The translations under genes were made by a program, and so were the position numbers. 64,000 nucleotides of DNA, taken from contig JAGBES010000023.1 of NCBI GenBank assembly GCA_017936845.1, positions 26,720 through 90,719 of the forward strand, written 5' to 3'. This document shows positions 11,367 to 21,074 of the stretch, in pieces. The stretch's first letter is position 1, and the number at the start of each line of letters is the position of its first letter. The notes beneath the pieces are model-generated. The model searched no databases, was not told the origin of the DNA, and was given only the letters and a program-made list of their open reading frames with translations. This stretch comes from Bacilli bacterium (GTDB taxonomy: Bacteria; Bacillota_I; Bacilli_A; RF39; UBA660).

Positions 11367-11989
11367 TAAACAAGCACCTCCTCAATTTTTTTAACTGCAT
11401 TTTCTGTAATTATCATATTATCAGCTGATATAACATCTAAAGTATTAATTTCATCTGCTTGTAATAAAATAACATTATTTAAATTACGAGTAGCTAAAAT
11501 CATATTTTCTGTTAACTCATCTACTACAATTAAAATATTTTTATTTGCTTTTAAATTTTCTAAAATTTTAATAGCATCTTTTGTTTTGTTTGATTCTAAA
11601 TTAAAGCTATCAACAACTATTAATTCTTTATCAATAAATTTATAAGATAAAGCAGATTTTAAAGCAAGTCTTCTTTCTTTTCTGTTCATCTTTTTATCAT
11701 AACTTCTTGGATGTGGTCCAAATACGATTCCACCATGTCTCCAATGTGGTGCACGAGTACTACCTTGACGAGCACGTCCTGTACCTTTTTGACGCCATGG
11801 TTTTCTTCCACCACCACTTACTTCTGCGCGTGTTTTAGTATCATGTGTACCTTGTCTCATTGAGTTTCTAGCTAATGTAATAGCATCATATAATACTGCA
11901 TCATTTGGAACTATTTCCCAAACTTCAGCATTTAAAGTTAAATCACTTACTTTTTCACCTTTTATATTTAATACAGATATTTTACTCAT
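11366..11989 (-). CDS. rplD: 50S ribosomal protein L4
   Basis: 207 aa with an L4 profile. Confidence 0.93.
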   Translation of the reverse strand: MSKISVLNIKGEKVSDLTLNAEVWEIVPNDAVLYDAITLARNSMRQGTHDTKTRAEVSGGGRKPWRQKGTGRARQGSTRAPHWRHGGIVFGPHPRSYDKKMNRKERRLALKSALSYKFIDKELIVVDSFNLESNKTKDAIKILENLKANKNILIVVDELTENMILATRNLNNVILLQADEINTLDVISADNMIITENAVKKIEEVLV

Positions 11990-12001
11990 CTATATAACCT
12001 C

Positions 12002-12760
12002 CTAGTTTTCTTCTACAGTTTCTTCTATAGCTTCAGTAACTTCTTCTGATGTTTCAGTTGTAACTTCTTCTACAGGAGTTTCTTCTACTTGTTCTGTAAC
12101 GTAAGTATTTAATTCTTCTATTTCATTAACTGTGTTTGGATTTTTTACTGATGTTTTTATAACAACTAATGATTTTTTAGCTCCTGGAACATTTCCTTTT
12201 ACTAAAATTAAGTTGTTTTCTACATCAACAGATACAATTTCAAGATTTTGAATTGTAACAGTTAATCCACCCATATGACCTGGTAATTTTTTACCTTTAA
12301 ATACACGCATTGGTCTCATAGTTCCCATAGATCCTGGACCTCTATGATAATGTGATCCATGTCCCATAGGCCCTCTACTTTGATTATGTCTTTTAATAAC
12401 ACCTTGGAAACCTTTTCCTTTTGTAGTTCCTGTAACATCTACTACTTCACCTGGAACAAAAATATCAGCTTTTATTTCTTGTCCTAGTGAATATTCATTT
12501 ACATCTACACCTCTAATTTCTTTAAAGAAGCGCTTAGGTGTAGTTTTTGCTTTGTTGGTAATTCCAACTGAAGCCTTTGTAACTAGTTTTTCTCTTTTTG
12601 TATTAAAACCTAATTGAATTGCTTCGTAACCATCATTTTCTTTTGTCTTGATTTGTGTAACAACATTTGGTTCAACTTCAATAACAGTTACTGGAATCAA
12701 TTTTCCAGATTTTGTAAATACTTGAGTCATTCCTAATTTAAGACCTAAGATTCCTTTCAT
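12002..12760 (-). CDS. rplC: 50S ribosomal protein L3 with an acidic C-terminal tail of about 40 aa
   Basis: The L3 core ([15 protein letters not shown]...) is followed by the low-complexity tail [32 protein letters not shown]. Confidence 0.93.
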   Translation of the reverse strand: MKGILGLKLGMTQVFTKSGKLIPVTVIEVEPNVVTQIKTKENDGYEAIQLGFNTKREKLVTKASVGITNKAKTTPKRFFKEIRGVDVNEYSLGQEIKADIFVPGEVVDVTGTTKGKGFQGVIKRHNQSRGPMGHGSHYHRGPGSMGTMRPMRVFKGKKLPGHMGGLTVTIQNLEIVSVDVENNLILVKGNVPGAKKSLVVIKTSVKNPNTVNEIEELNTYVTEQVEETPVEEVTTETSEEVTEAIEETVEEN

Positions 12761-12776
12761 TTCATTTCCTCCTTAA

Positions 12777-13085
12777 TTATAACTTTATTTGAATATCAAC
12801 ACCACTTGGAATTTCTAAATGTTGTAACGCATCTATTGTTTCCTTACTTGGATTATTGATAACAATAAGTCTTTTGTGTGTTCTTTTTTCGAATTGTTCA
12901 CGAGAATCTTTATATTTGTGAACAGCTCTTAGAATAGTTATTTTTTCTACTTCTGTTGGTAGTGGAACTGGTCCGCTTACTTCGCCACCTGTTCTCTTAA
13001 CAGTTTCAACAATTTTCATACAAGCATTATCTAAACTTTTGTGTTCAAATGATTGTAATTTAACGTTTACTTTTGTTTTAGACAT
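12777..13085 (-). CDS. rpsJ: 30S ribosomal protein S10
   Basis: 102 aa; the first gene of the S10 operon. Confidence 0.95.
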   Translation of the reverse strand: MSKTKVNVKLQSFEHKSLDNACMKIVETVKRTGGEVSGPVPLPTEVEKITILRAVHKYKDSREQFEKRTHKRLIVINNPSKETIDALQHLEIPSGVDIQIKL

Positions 13086-13218
13086 ATTGTATCCTCCCTT
13101 CGCCTATATCTTGTATAGACTAGCTCCGTGTAAAAACCCGATATTCTTAAATTAAATCTTTACAACTTAACCTGGTGTATCGGCAACCTCACACATCATC
13201 GCTTGTCACACATTCAAA

Positions 13219-13247
13219 ATTATACACAATAATACTATGAAAATCAA
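13219..13247 (-). promoter_or_regulatory. sigma-A type promoter of the S10 operon (TTGATT-17-TATAAT)
   Basis: On the minus strand, TTGATT (13247..13242), a 17-nt spacer and TATAAT (13224..13219). This leaves a leader of about 125 nt before the rpsJ RBS AAGGGAGGA. Confidence 0.6.
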
Positions 13248-13261
13248 GTATTTTTAGAACT

Positions 13262-13300
13262 TTTTTTCTTTTTTTATACAAAAAAAGAAACAACTGTTTC
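13262..13300 (-). terminator. rho-independent terminator downstream of the LicD-family gene
   Basis: Hairpin AGAAACA-GT-TGTTTCT followed by a T-run, on the minus-strand transcript. Confidence 0.5.
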
Positions 13301-14341
13301 TTATCTATCAATAAATAGTATTATAGAAAAACCTATTAACATTATTCCTATACCTAATAGCTTAAAACTAAAATCATTAAACAATAATAAAGCTAATAAT
13401 GCTACAAAAATTGCTAGTGTTATTCCTCTTACTAATCTTGTTCCTTTTTTCTTATTAATAACATCTGGTATATCTGTTTTTAAATTTATATTAGCTATAT
13501 GTTTTGGATGTCTTTTAGAAACTGGTAATGTTTCTATCCATTCATTCCCATCCCATTTTTTTAAACAATTAGGGCCATACCATTCTTTTAATATTTTTTC
13601 TATATTATTATAAGAATAATACTTTCTACCTTCAAAATCATAAAGTTTAAAAGGATAAACATCTTCTTTTAAGAAAATAGGTTCTTTCATAAATTTTTCC
13701 CATGGAATTGCTATCGTCTGTGATACTTTTTTACTATTTTTATATTTTTTTCCATAATATTTAGAAAAACTTAAAATCATATTTTTTAGCCATACTGCTT
13801 TAAATCCTAAATTATCCAAAAATACAAGTAATGGCATTAATAATCTTATTGGTGTTCTATATAATTCATCTACTATTTTGTTATCTGCAACATTATCGTA
13901 TATTACAACATCTATAAAAATACCATCACCTTCACATCTATTTTCTAGTAAATAATTAACTTCTTGTATATAAGTATTCTTTTTTCTTACTTTCATAGAA
14001 GGTATTAATATATTATATTTTTTATCATTTTCATAACAATGAAAATAAAATTTATCTGATAAATCTTTATTCATTGCTTCAATAAATCTATCCCAATCTT
14101 CTCTTTTTATGCAAATATCCATATCATCATCCCAAGGGATAAATCCTTTATAATTGCATATTCCAAGTGCCGATCCAGCTATTAAACAATACTCAATTTT
14201 GTTTTTTGTGCATACCCTATGTATTTCATCCATTATATCGAGTATTTCTAATTGTAATTCTCTAACGGTAACACTAGTACCGTCATCAAATGTCTTTAAT
14301 ATATACTCATCTCGTTTTAATATACAATCTTTCTTTTTCAT
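13301..14341 (-). CDS. LicD-family nucleotidyl/phosphocholine transferase with a C-terminal membrane anchor
   Basis: 346 aa. N-terminal LicD motifs (ELQLEILDIMDEIHRVC...IEYCLIAGSALG...GFIPWDDDMDI). The C-terminal 45 aa are hydrophobic. Confidence 0.75.
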   Translation of the reverse strand: MKKKDCILKRDEYILKTFDDGTSVTVRELQLEILDIMDEIHRVCTKNKIEYCLIAGSALGICNYKGFIPWDDDMDICIKREDWDRFIEAMNKDLSDKFYFHCYENDKKYNILIPSMKVRKKNTYIQEVNYLLENRCEGDGIFIDVVIYDNVADNKIVDELYRTPIRLLMPLLVFLDNLGFKAVWLKNMILSFSKYYGKKYKNSKKVSQTIAIPWEKFMKEPIFLKEDVYPFKLYDFEGRKYYSYNNIEKILKEWYGPNCLKKWDGNEWIETLPVSKRHPKHIANINLKTDIPDVINKKKGTRLVRGITLAIFVALLALLLFNDFSFKLLGIGIMLIGFSIILFIDR

Positions 14342-14395
14342 AAGTACTCACCTTATATAATAATATCTTAATATAAAAAAAAAAGCAAGTATGAC

Positions 14396-14614
14396 TTACT
14401 TTACAAATGGTAATATTCCCATGAAACGTGCTTTTTTTACTTCATTAGCTACATGTCTTTGATGTTCTGAACATGTACCTGTTACTCTTCTTGGTAATAT
14501 TTTAGCTTTATCAGCACTTACATATCTTTTTATTATATCAGCATCTTTATAATCTACTGTTTTTCCAGCACACATTTGACAAACTTTTTTCTTTTTTCTA
14601 TAAAATTCAGCCAT
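14396..14614 (-). CDS. rpsR: 30S ribosomal protein S18
   Basis: 72 aa; a basic start, TGTC, and RFMGILPF. Confidence 0.93.
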   Translation of the reverse strand: MAEFYRKKKKVCQMCAGKTVDYKDADIIKRYVSADKAKILPRRVTGTCSEHQRHVANEVKKARFMGILPFVK

Positions 14615-14630
14615 TTTTTATCCTCCTTTA

Positions 14631-15086
14631 TTAATCTAGGAAGTTTTCATCTATTGACACACTATCTCCAAAATCTGCAAATGGATCATCTTCTATATTA
14701 ACATCATTAGTCTCTTTATCATTTTGATAATCATATGGTGTTACATCATTTGCACTATTTTGTCTTTGTGATTTGCTTTCTAAGAATTGAACACTATCAG
14801 CAACCACATCAGTTGTATATCTTTTATTTCCATCTTTATCATCATAACTTCCAGTTTGAATTCTTCCTTCTACTGAAACTAAACTTCCTTTATCTAGATA
14901 ATTGCAAACATTTTCTGCTTGTTTTCTCCATATTATACAATTTATAAAATCTGTTTCTCTCTCACCATTATTATTATTAAATGTTCTATTTACAGCTACT
15001 GTAAATCTTGAAAAAGGAACATTTGAACCAGTATATCTTAATTCTGGTTTTGCAGTTAATCTTCCTATTAACATTACTCGATTCAT
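14631..15086 (-). CDS. ssb: single-stranded DNA-binding protein
   Basis: An OB-fold N-terminus [19 protein letters not shown] and an acidic C-terminal DDPFADF...DF tail. Confidence 0.93.
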   Translation of the reverse strand: MNRVMLIGRLTAKPELRYTGSNVPFSRFTVAVNRTFNNNNGERETDFINCIIWRKQAENVCNYLDKGSLVSVEGRIQTGSYDDKDGNKRYTTDVVADSVQFLESKSQRQNSANDVTPYDYQNDKETNDVNIEDDPFADFGDSVSIDENFLD

Positions 15087-15100
15087 TTTATTACCTCACT

Positions 15101-15391
15101 TTATTTTTCAATTTTAGTAATTAAATGACGAATCAAATCACTACTAATTAAACCTAAACGATCAAATTCTTTAATTGCTTTATCATCATTAGCTTCTACT
15201 TCAAATACGAAATAGTATCCGCTTTTGAATTTTTTTATTTCATAAGCTAATTCTCTTTGACCCATTTCTTTTACTTCTGTTACTTTAGCACCATTATCAG
15301 TAATTACTTTTTTAAAGTTATCTACAACTTTTTTTGCATCACTTTCACTTAGTGTTGGTCTAACTATAAACATTATTTCATAATTTTTCAT
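15101..15391 (-). CDS. rpsF: 30S ribosomal protein S6
   Basis: 96 aa starting MKNYEIMFIVRP. Confidence 0.93.
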   Translation of the reverse strand: MKNYEIMFIVRPTLSESDAKKVVDNFKKVITDNGAKVTEVKEMGQRELAYEIKKFKSGYYFVFEVEANDDKAIKEFDRLGLISSDLIRHLITKIEK

Positions 15392-15454
15392 CTTTACACC
15401 TCCTTATGGTCTTTGGCAATTTCTTGCAAGGAGTAAATTTCTTACTCGTTTAAG

Positions 15455-15483
15455 ATTATAACAAAAAGTTATTTGTTTGTAAA
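15455..15483 (-). promoter_or_regulatory. promoter of the rpsF-ssb-rpsR operon (TTTACA-17-TATAAT with an extended -10 TG)
   Basis: On the minus strand, TTTACA (15483..15478), a 17-nt spacer and TGtTATAAT (-10 at 15460..15455). Confidence 0.55.
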
Positions 15484-15618
15484 TACCTTTTATTTTATTT
15501 CTTTTTCTATATTAAATCGATTGTTAATTCTTTATATTTTAAATATTATTCTTTTAACTTTAAAATATGATATGTAATTGACATATATTTAATTTCCCTA
15601 TTTTTAAATTTATAATAT

Positions 15619-16719
15619 TTATACATTAAATCTAAATAGGCAAATATCTCCATCTTTCATTAGATATTCTTTTCCCTCTAATCTTAATTTACCTGCTTCT
15701 TTTACTTTTAATTCATTTCCAAGTTTTTTTAAGTCTTCAAAGCTCATAACTTCTGCTTTAATAAATCCTTTTTCAAAATCGCTATGAATTATCCCAGCAC
15801 ATTCTGGAGCTTTCATTCCACGTTTAAAAGTCCATGCTCTACATTCATCTTGTCCTGCAGTAAAATAAGTTGCTAGACCAAGTAAATCATAAGTTTCTTT
15901 TATTAAACAATCTAATCCACTCTCTTTTATTCCTAGATCATTTAAAAATTCTGTTTTTTCTTCTGGTTCTAATTCACTTAATTCTGATTCTATCTTAGCA
16001 CTTACTACTATTACTTTTGCATTTTCTTCTTTAGCATAATTTCTTAAAGTTTCAACATGTTGATTATTATTTTCTATTAAATCTTCTTCGCTTACATTTG
16101 CCATATAAATAATAGGTTTTATTGTTAAAAAATTAAAATGTTTTAATGTTTCTAATTCTTCATCATTAAATGTTACTCTTCTTAATGGAATATTTTTTTC
16201 TAAAGATTCTTTTGCTTTTGTAAGTATTTCTACTTCTTTTTGTATTTCTTTGTCGCGTGTCATTGCTGCTTTTTTACCTATTCTTCCAATTCTATTTTCT
16301 ACGACTTCTAAGTCTGCCAACATAAGTTCTACATTTATTATTTCTACATCTCTTATTGGATCTACTTTCCCCTCTACATGAATAATATTACCATCTTCAA
16401 AACATCTTACTACTTCTACAATTGCATCTACTTCTCTAATATGTGATAAAAACTGATTTCCAAGTCCTTCGCCTAAACTTGCTCCTTTTACTAAACCAGC
16501 TATATCTGTAAATTCAAATGTTGTTGGTACCAAATTTTTAGGTTTATAAAGATTATTTAAAAAATCTAATCTATCATCTGGTACTGTTACTATTCCTACA
16601 TTTGGTTCTATAGTAGCAAAAGGATAATTGGCTGCTAGTATATTTTTATTTGTAATAGCATTAAAAAGTGTGGATTTACCTACATTTGGTAATCCTACTA
16701 TTCCTGCAGTTAAACTCAT
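15619..16719 (-). CDS. ychF: ribosome-binding ATPase YchF (Obg-family GTPase)
   Basis: The G1 motif GIVGLPNVGKSTLFNA and a C-terminal TGS domain. 366 aa. Confidence 0.95.
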   Translation of the reverse strand: MSLTAGIVGLPNVGKSTLFNAITNKNILAANYPFATIEPNVGIVTVPDDRLDFLNNLYKPKNLVPTTFEFTDIAGLVKGASLGEGLGNQFLSHIREVDAIVEVVRCFEDGNIIHVEGKVDPIRDVEIINVELMLADLEVVENRIGRIGKKAAMTRDKEIQKEVEILTKAKESLEKNIPLRRVTFNDEELETLKHFNFLTIKPIIYMANVSEEDLIENNNQHVETLRNYAKEENAKVIVVSAKIESELSELEPEEKTEFLNDLGIKESGLDCLIKETYDLLGLATYFTAGQDECRAWTFKRGMKAPECAGIIHSDFEKGFIKAEVMSFEDLKKLGNELKVKEAGKLRLEGKEYLMKDGDICLFRFNV

Positions 16720-16746
16720 ATAATCACTCCATTCAAACTGTTAATT

Positions 16747-16775
16747 AGTATATCATTTATTATATAATATGTAAA
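16747..16775 (-). promoter_or_regulatory. candidate ychF promoter (TTTACA-17-TATACT)
   Basis: Hexamers on the minus strand with a 17-nt spacing, about 30 nt upstream of the ychF RBS GGAGTGA. Confidence 0.4.
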
Positions 16776-16786
16776 TAATTAAAAAA

Positions 16787-16808
16787 ACTTTGAATATATT
16801 CAAAGTTA
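16787..16808. terminator. perfect 22-bp palindrome AACTTTGAATATATTCAAAGTT, a bidirectional intrinsic terminator
   Basis: A perfect inverted repeat, followed on the minus strand by TTTTTTTAATT. It overlaps the stop codon of the AbgT-family gene. Confidence 0.55.
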
Positions 16809-18332
16809 AATTGTACTCCCTACACCTATTCCTATTGGTATTCCTATAATATACCAAATTACTATGAATAATATTAAGAAAATTGATAAAATTAGTATTA
16901 CTGGACTTAATAGTTTAAATGTTCCAAAAATACTTATTCCAACATTCTCGTCTTTTTTATATTTTTCTAAAAATGCAAGCATAATTATAAAATATGCAAA
17001 AAATGGTGTTACTGATTTTCCTATTCCATCAGCAATTCTAAAGATAAATTGTGTAAAATCAGGTGTTATATTAGCTCTCATAAAAAGAGGTATAACTGTA
17101 GGTGATAATAATTTCCATTTTGTAATTGTATCAGGTATTAATATACTCATTACAATTACAGCTAACATAAATATTATTATAAGTGGTATACCTGATAATG
17201 GGATAGAACTTATAAATTCAACTATATTAGCACTTATTACCGTACCTATATTTGTCCATTCTAGTATTGAAATCATTACTGATGTAAAGAACATAAGAAC
17301 AAATACAAATCCTAAATTTTCAAAGTTTTTTGATAATCCTAAACTATATTCATGACTATTTTTTATATTTTTGGATATTTTTCCATATACAAATCCTGAT
17401 ATCATCATTATAAATGTTATTATTATTACAATACCTTCTCTAAATGGTGATGATGTTCCAAATAATTTAGATATATAAGTATCATTTTTTGAATTAAGTA
17501 ATATTCCAGCACCTGGTAATTTAATATCTAAAATCATATATATTACTAATATTATACAAATTAAAGAAACTAGATTAGCTATTATCACACCTTTTTTTGA
17601 ATAATTTAATTCTTCTATTTCTAAAGACATTTCTTTTTTAGGAAATTTTACAACTAAAAATTTATTAATAACTATAGTACTTATAAAAGATAACAAAAGA
17701 GTTGAAAAAATCATAATATAAATATTTGATAATAAATCATACTTATAATTTGGATCTACATTCAATGTAGCTGATGCTTGTGTTAAAATTCCCAATTGAT
17801 AATCATCATAGTTAAATATTATTCCTGTTCCGTAACCTATTGTTATTCCTATAAATGTTACAAGTATTCCTAATATTGGACTTCTATTTAAATATTTATA
17901 TATTAAAGCCATAAATGGAATTAAAAACATATAACTATATTCACCTATTATTGATGATATAATACCTATAAAAACTGTAAAATAAATTATTACATCAAAT
18001 TTAACATTTTTTAATCTAAACACCATTGCATTTAACAAACCACTTTTTTCTAGTATTCCTATTCCAACTAAAGAAATTATCATTATAGCTAGTGGTTTAA
18101 AATTAACAAAGTTTGTTACTACATTACCTACAATAAATTTAATTCCATTTAAACTAATTATATTGTTTACATATACTAAAGATGTTTCTAAAGTTCCATC
18201 ACCTATGTATGTCTTGTTTCCTTGAAATCCTAATAAAGATAAAACTAAACTAGAAATAGATATTAAGAATATTAAAAATAATATCGTTGAAACAGGTCCT
18301 TTTATGTTCTTTTGTCGTTTCTTTTTTTTCAT
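16806..18332 (-). CDS. AbgT/MtrF-family transporter (p-aminobenzoyl-glutamate transporter family)
   Basis: 508 aa, polytopic. The conserved C-terminal region FRIADGIGKSVTPFFAYF...YKKDE...WYIIGIPIG resembles the AbgT motif FRIAD...YKPD...WYLVGLPIG. Confidence 0.7.
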   Translation of the reverse strand: MKKKKRQKNIKGPVSTILFLIFLISISSLVLSLLGFQGNKTYIGDGTLETSLVYVNNIISLNGIKFIVGNVVTNFVNFKPLAIMIISLVGIGILEKSGLLNAMVFRLKNVKFDVIIYFTVFIGIISSIIGEYSYMFLIPFMALIYKYLNRSPILGILVTFIGITIGYGTGIIFNYDDYQLGILTQASATLNVDPNYKYDLLSNIYIMIFSTLLLSFISTIVINKFLVVKFPKKEMSLEIEELNYSKKGVIIANLVSLICIILVIYMILDIKLPGAGILLNSKNDTYISKLFGTSSPFREGIVIIITFIMMISGFVYGKISKNIKNSHEYSLGLSKNFENLGFVFVLMFFTSVMISILEWTNIGTVISANIVEFISSIPLSGIPLIIIFMLAVIVMSILIPDTITKWKLLSPTVIPLFMRANITPDFTQFIFRIADGIGKSVTPFFAYFIIMLAFLEKYKKDENVGISIFGTFKLLSPVILILSIFLILFIVIWYIIGIPIGIGVGSTI

Positions 18333-18340
18333 ATTTCCTC

Positions 18341-18523
18341 CTAAAGACTTATTATTTTCTTTAATTTTTTATTAAAGTCTATTCTCGGCATCATAATGCT
18401 TCTACCACAATTTTTGCATTTAATTTTTATATCTGCACCTAATCTTATTATTTCCCATTCATTTGTTCCACATGGATGTTGTTTTTTCATCATAACAATA
18501 CTACCTAATTTATACTCTTGCAT
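18341..18523 (-). CDS. DUF951 family small protein (YyzM-like, 4 Cys)
   Basis: 60 aa with HPCG...CKNCG, in the conserved position next to ychF, as in Bacillus. Confidence 0.7.
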   Translation of the reverse strand: MQEYKLGSIVMMKKQHPCGTNEWEIIRLGADIKIKCKNCGRSIMMPRIDFNKKLKKIISL

Positions 18524-19313
18524 TATGAACCACCACCTGATTATATGGAATTTCTATTTTTTGTTTATCAAATTCTAATTTTATTTGTTTTAAAACTTCT
18601 CTTTTTAAATCATATTGTTTCATAGGTTTTGTTTTGATCATTATTCTAAAATTAATCGAAGATGAATCAAGTTTTTCTATTCCTAATACTTGAATATCTA
18701 ATAAATCTTTATTATCATTTATTAGGTTTGAATTTATATTATTCAATACTTTTTCTACTTTTTCTATATTTGAATTATATGATACAGGTACATCAATAAA
18801 TTCATATGCATCATCTAAACTATGATTTATAACATCTGTTATATTACTATTTGAAATCATTTTAATATCACCTGTTATTGATTGAATCTTTGTTGTTTTT
18901 AATCCTAAGCTAATTACTTTACCTTTGAAATCACCTATTGTTACCGTATCACCGACTGCATATTCATTTTCAAATATGATTGAAAATCCTGCTAACAAAT
19001 CTTTTAGTGTATCTTGAAAAGCAAGACCAGCTACTAATCCAACAACACCAAGTGAAGTAATTATTCCTTTTGTTGATATATTATATACTTCTAAAATTGA
19101 TAAAAAACAAAAAATCAAAATAATATATTTTAATATATTATTTATCAAACTACAAATAGTTTTAGATCTTCTTTTATCCATTCTATTTAATCTTGATTTA
19201 AACATTCCTTTTATAGAATTTGTTAAAATAATATAAACAAATATACCAATTAGAATAATTATAATTGGATAAACTACTTCCTTTATTAAAACAATATCAA
19301 GTAATTTTTTCAT
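18510..19313 (-). CDS. small-conductance mechanosensitive channel (MscS family)
   Basis: 267 aa with N-terminal TM helices followed by an MscS beta-domain (GDTVTIGDFKGKVISLGLKTTKIQ). Confidence 0.8.
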   Translation of the reverse strand: MKKLLDIVLIKEVVYPIIIILIGIFVYIILTNSIKGMFKSRLNRMDKRRSKTICSLINNILKYIILIFCFLSILEVYNISTKGIITSLGVVGLVAGLAFQDTLKDLLAGFSIIFENEYAVGDTVTIGDFKGKVISLGLKTTKIQSITGDIKMISNSNITDVINHSLDDAYEFIDVPVSYNSNIEKVEKVLNNINSNLINDNKDLLDIQVLGIEKLDSSSINFRIMIKTKPMKQYDLKREVLKQIKLEFDKQKIEIPYNQVVVHNARV

Positions 19314-19318
19314 TTAAC

Positions 19319-20197
19319 CTACTCCTTAATGTTTAATACTTCTAGTATTCTATTTAAATCTGCTATATTAGTAAAAGATATTTCTACTTTATTTTCTTTT
19401 ACTACTACTCTTGTATCTAATTTATCTCTTAATATTTCTTCTACATATTTAAATTCATTGTTTTTTTCTTTTCTTATAGTTGGCTTTTTCTTTTTTTCTT
19501 CACTGCTAACTCTTTCAATATCTCGAACTGTTAAATCTTCATTTACTATTTTATTAGCAAGTTCTAGTATTTTATCATTATCTTCAAGTTTGCTAAGCAT
19601 TCTAGCATGGCCCATAGTTAAATTACCTTGGATAACCATTTTTTGAACTTCTTTTGGTAATCTAAGTAAACCTAAAATATTAGTGATATGACTTCTACTT
19701 TTCCCTACTTTTTTTGATAATTCATCTTGTGTTAAATTTAATTTTTCTATCATTGATTTATAAGCAATTGCTTCCTCTATTACATTTAAATTTTCTCTTT
19801 GTAAATTTTCTAGAAGTGCAATTTCCATCATTTGTGTATCACTAAATTCTCTTATAATAGCAGGTATCTTATTTAAACCAGCTAATTTAGAAGCCCTTAC
19901 TCTTCTTTCGCCTGCTATTATTTCATATCCTTTTATACTCTTCTTTACAATTATTGGTTGAAAGACTCCATGTTCTTTTATTGATTCTGATAATTCTTTT
20001 AATGCTTCATCATCAAATATTTTTCTTGGTTGATATGGATTTGGTCTTAGTTCATCTAAATTTATCTCTATTATTTCTTCATTTGTTGATTCTTCATATA
20101 TTGTTCTTTCCATTTGATCTAAGTCTAGATTTTCACCATTAAATAGTTGTTCTAATCCTCTACCTAGTGCCCTTTTTTTATTCTCCATTTCTATCAA
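19319..20197 (-). CDS. parB: chromosome partitioning protein ParB (Spo0J)
   Basis: ParB box GERRVRAS, an HTH, and a start that overlaps the parA 3' end. Confidence 0.92.
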   Translation of the reverse strand: MIEMENKKRALGRGLEQLFNGENLDLDQMERTIYEESTNEEIIEINLDELRPNPYQPRKIFDDEALKELSESIKEHGVFQPIIVKKSIKGYEIIAGERRVRASKLAGLNKIPAIIREFSDTQMMEIALLENLQRENLNVIEEAIAYKSMIEKLNLTQDELSKKVGKSRSHITNILGLLRLPKEVQKMVIQGNLTMGHARMLSKLEDNDKILELANKIVNEDLTVRDIERVSSEEKKKKPTIRKEKNNEFKYVEEILRDKLDTRVVVKENKVEISFTNIADLNRILEVLNIKE

Positions 20198-20963
20198 TCA
20201 CTTCCTTAGCTAAATTAATATATGCTTCTGTTCCTCTACTTGTTGGATCATAAGCTAATATTGGTTTTCCATGACTTGGTGACTCTGATAGTTTTACAAG
20301 TCTTGGAATTATTGTATCATATACTTTATCTGTAAAATAGCTTTTTATATCTTCTACTACTTCTAGACCTAAATTAGTTCTAGCATCTAACATTGTAAGC
20401 AATACACCTTCTATACTAAGTGTCGGATTTAGATTCTTTTGAGCTAATCTTATTGTATTTAATAATTGCATTATTCCCTCTAAAGCGAAAAATTCACATT
20501 GTACTGGAATAATAACTGAATCTGATGCTGTTAATGCATTTGTTGTAAGAATTCCTAAAGAAGGTGGACAATCAATAATTATATAATCAAATACTTCTTT
20601 TGCTTGATCTAAATATTTTTTTAATTGACTTCCCTTTACAAAAGATGGATCCATTTTACTCATTTCCATTAATTCAAAATCAACACCTGCTAAGTTAATA
20701 GTTGCTGGTATTAGATATAAATTTTTAAATTTTGTTTTTATTATTACTTCTTTAATTGTAGCTTCATCTTTTAATAATTCATATATACTTTTATCATAAT
20801 CAGTTTTGCTTATACCTACTCCTGTTGTTGAATTACCTTGAGGATCTAAATCAACTAAAAGTACTTTCTTTTTTAATACTCCTAATGATGCAGCAAGATT
20901 TATACTTGATGTTGTTTTACCAACACCACCTTTTTGATTAACTAAAGCAATAATTTTTCCCAT
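20178..20963 (-). CDS. parA: chromosome partitioning ATPase ParA (Soj)
   Basis: A deviant Walker A, KGGVGKTT. 261 aa. Confidence 0.93.
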   Translation of the reverse strand: MGKIIALVNQKGGVGKTTSSINLAASLGVLKKKVLLVDLDPQGNSTTGVGISKTDYDKSIYELLKDEATIKEVIIKTKFKNLYLIPATINLAGVDFELMEMSKMDPSFVKGSQLKKYLDQAKEVFDYIIIDCPPSLGILTTNALTASDSVIIPVQCEFFALEGIMQLLNTIRLAQKNLNPTLSIEGVLLTMLDARTNLGLEVVEDIKSYFTDKVYDTIIPRLVKLSESPSHGKPILAYDPTSRGTEAYINLAKEVIDRNGE

Positions 20964-21034
20964 GTTATCACCATTTTCTACTAATTATCTATTTAATATT
21001 TTATCATATTTTTTTATTATTTTAAAGAGTTTAA

Positions 21035-21074
21035 TCAAAAGAAAAAGAATTAGATATATTTTTCTAATTCTTTT
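21035..21074 (-). terminator. hairpin at the ftsH 3' end (AAAAAGAATTAGA / TCTAATTCTTTTT), a probable terminator
   Basis: A 13-bp inverted repeat spanning the ftsH stop codon, followed by a U-rich tract on the minus transcript. Confidence 0.35.

Noticed and set aside
16864-17355. A 163-aa plus-strand ORF inside the AbgT-family gene.
   Set aside because: Antisense to a clearly conserved transporter. Its Ile/Asn-rich composition is typical of out-of-frame AT-rich DNA.
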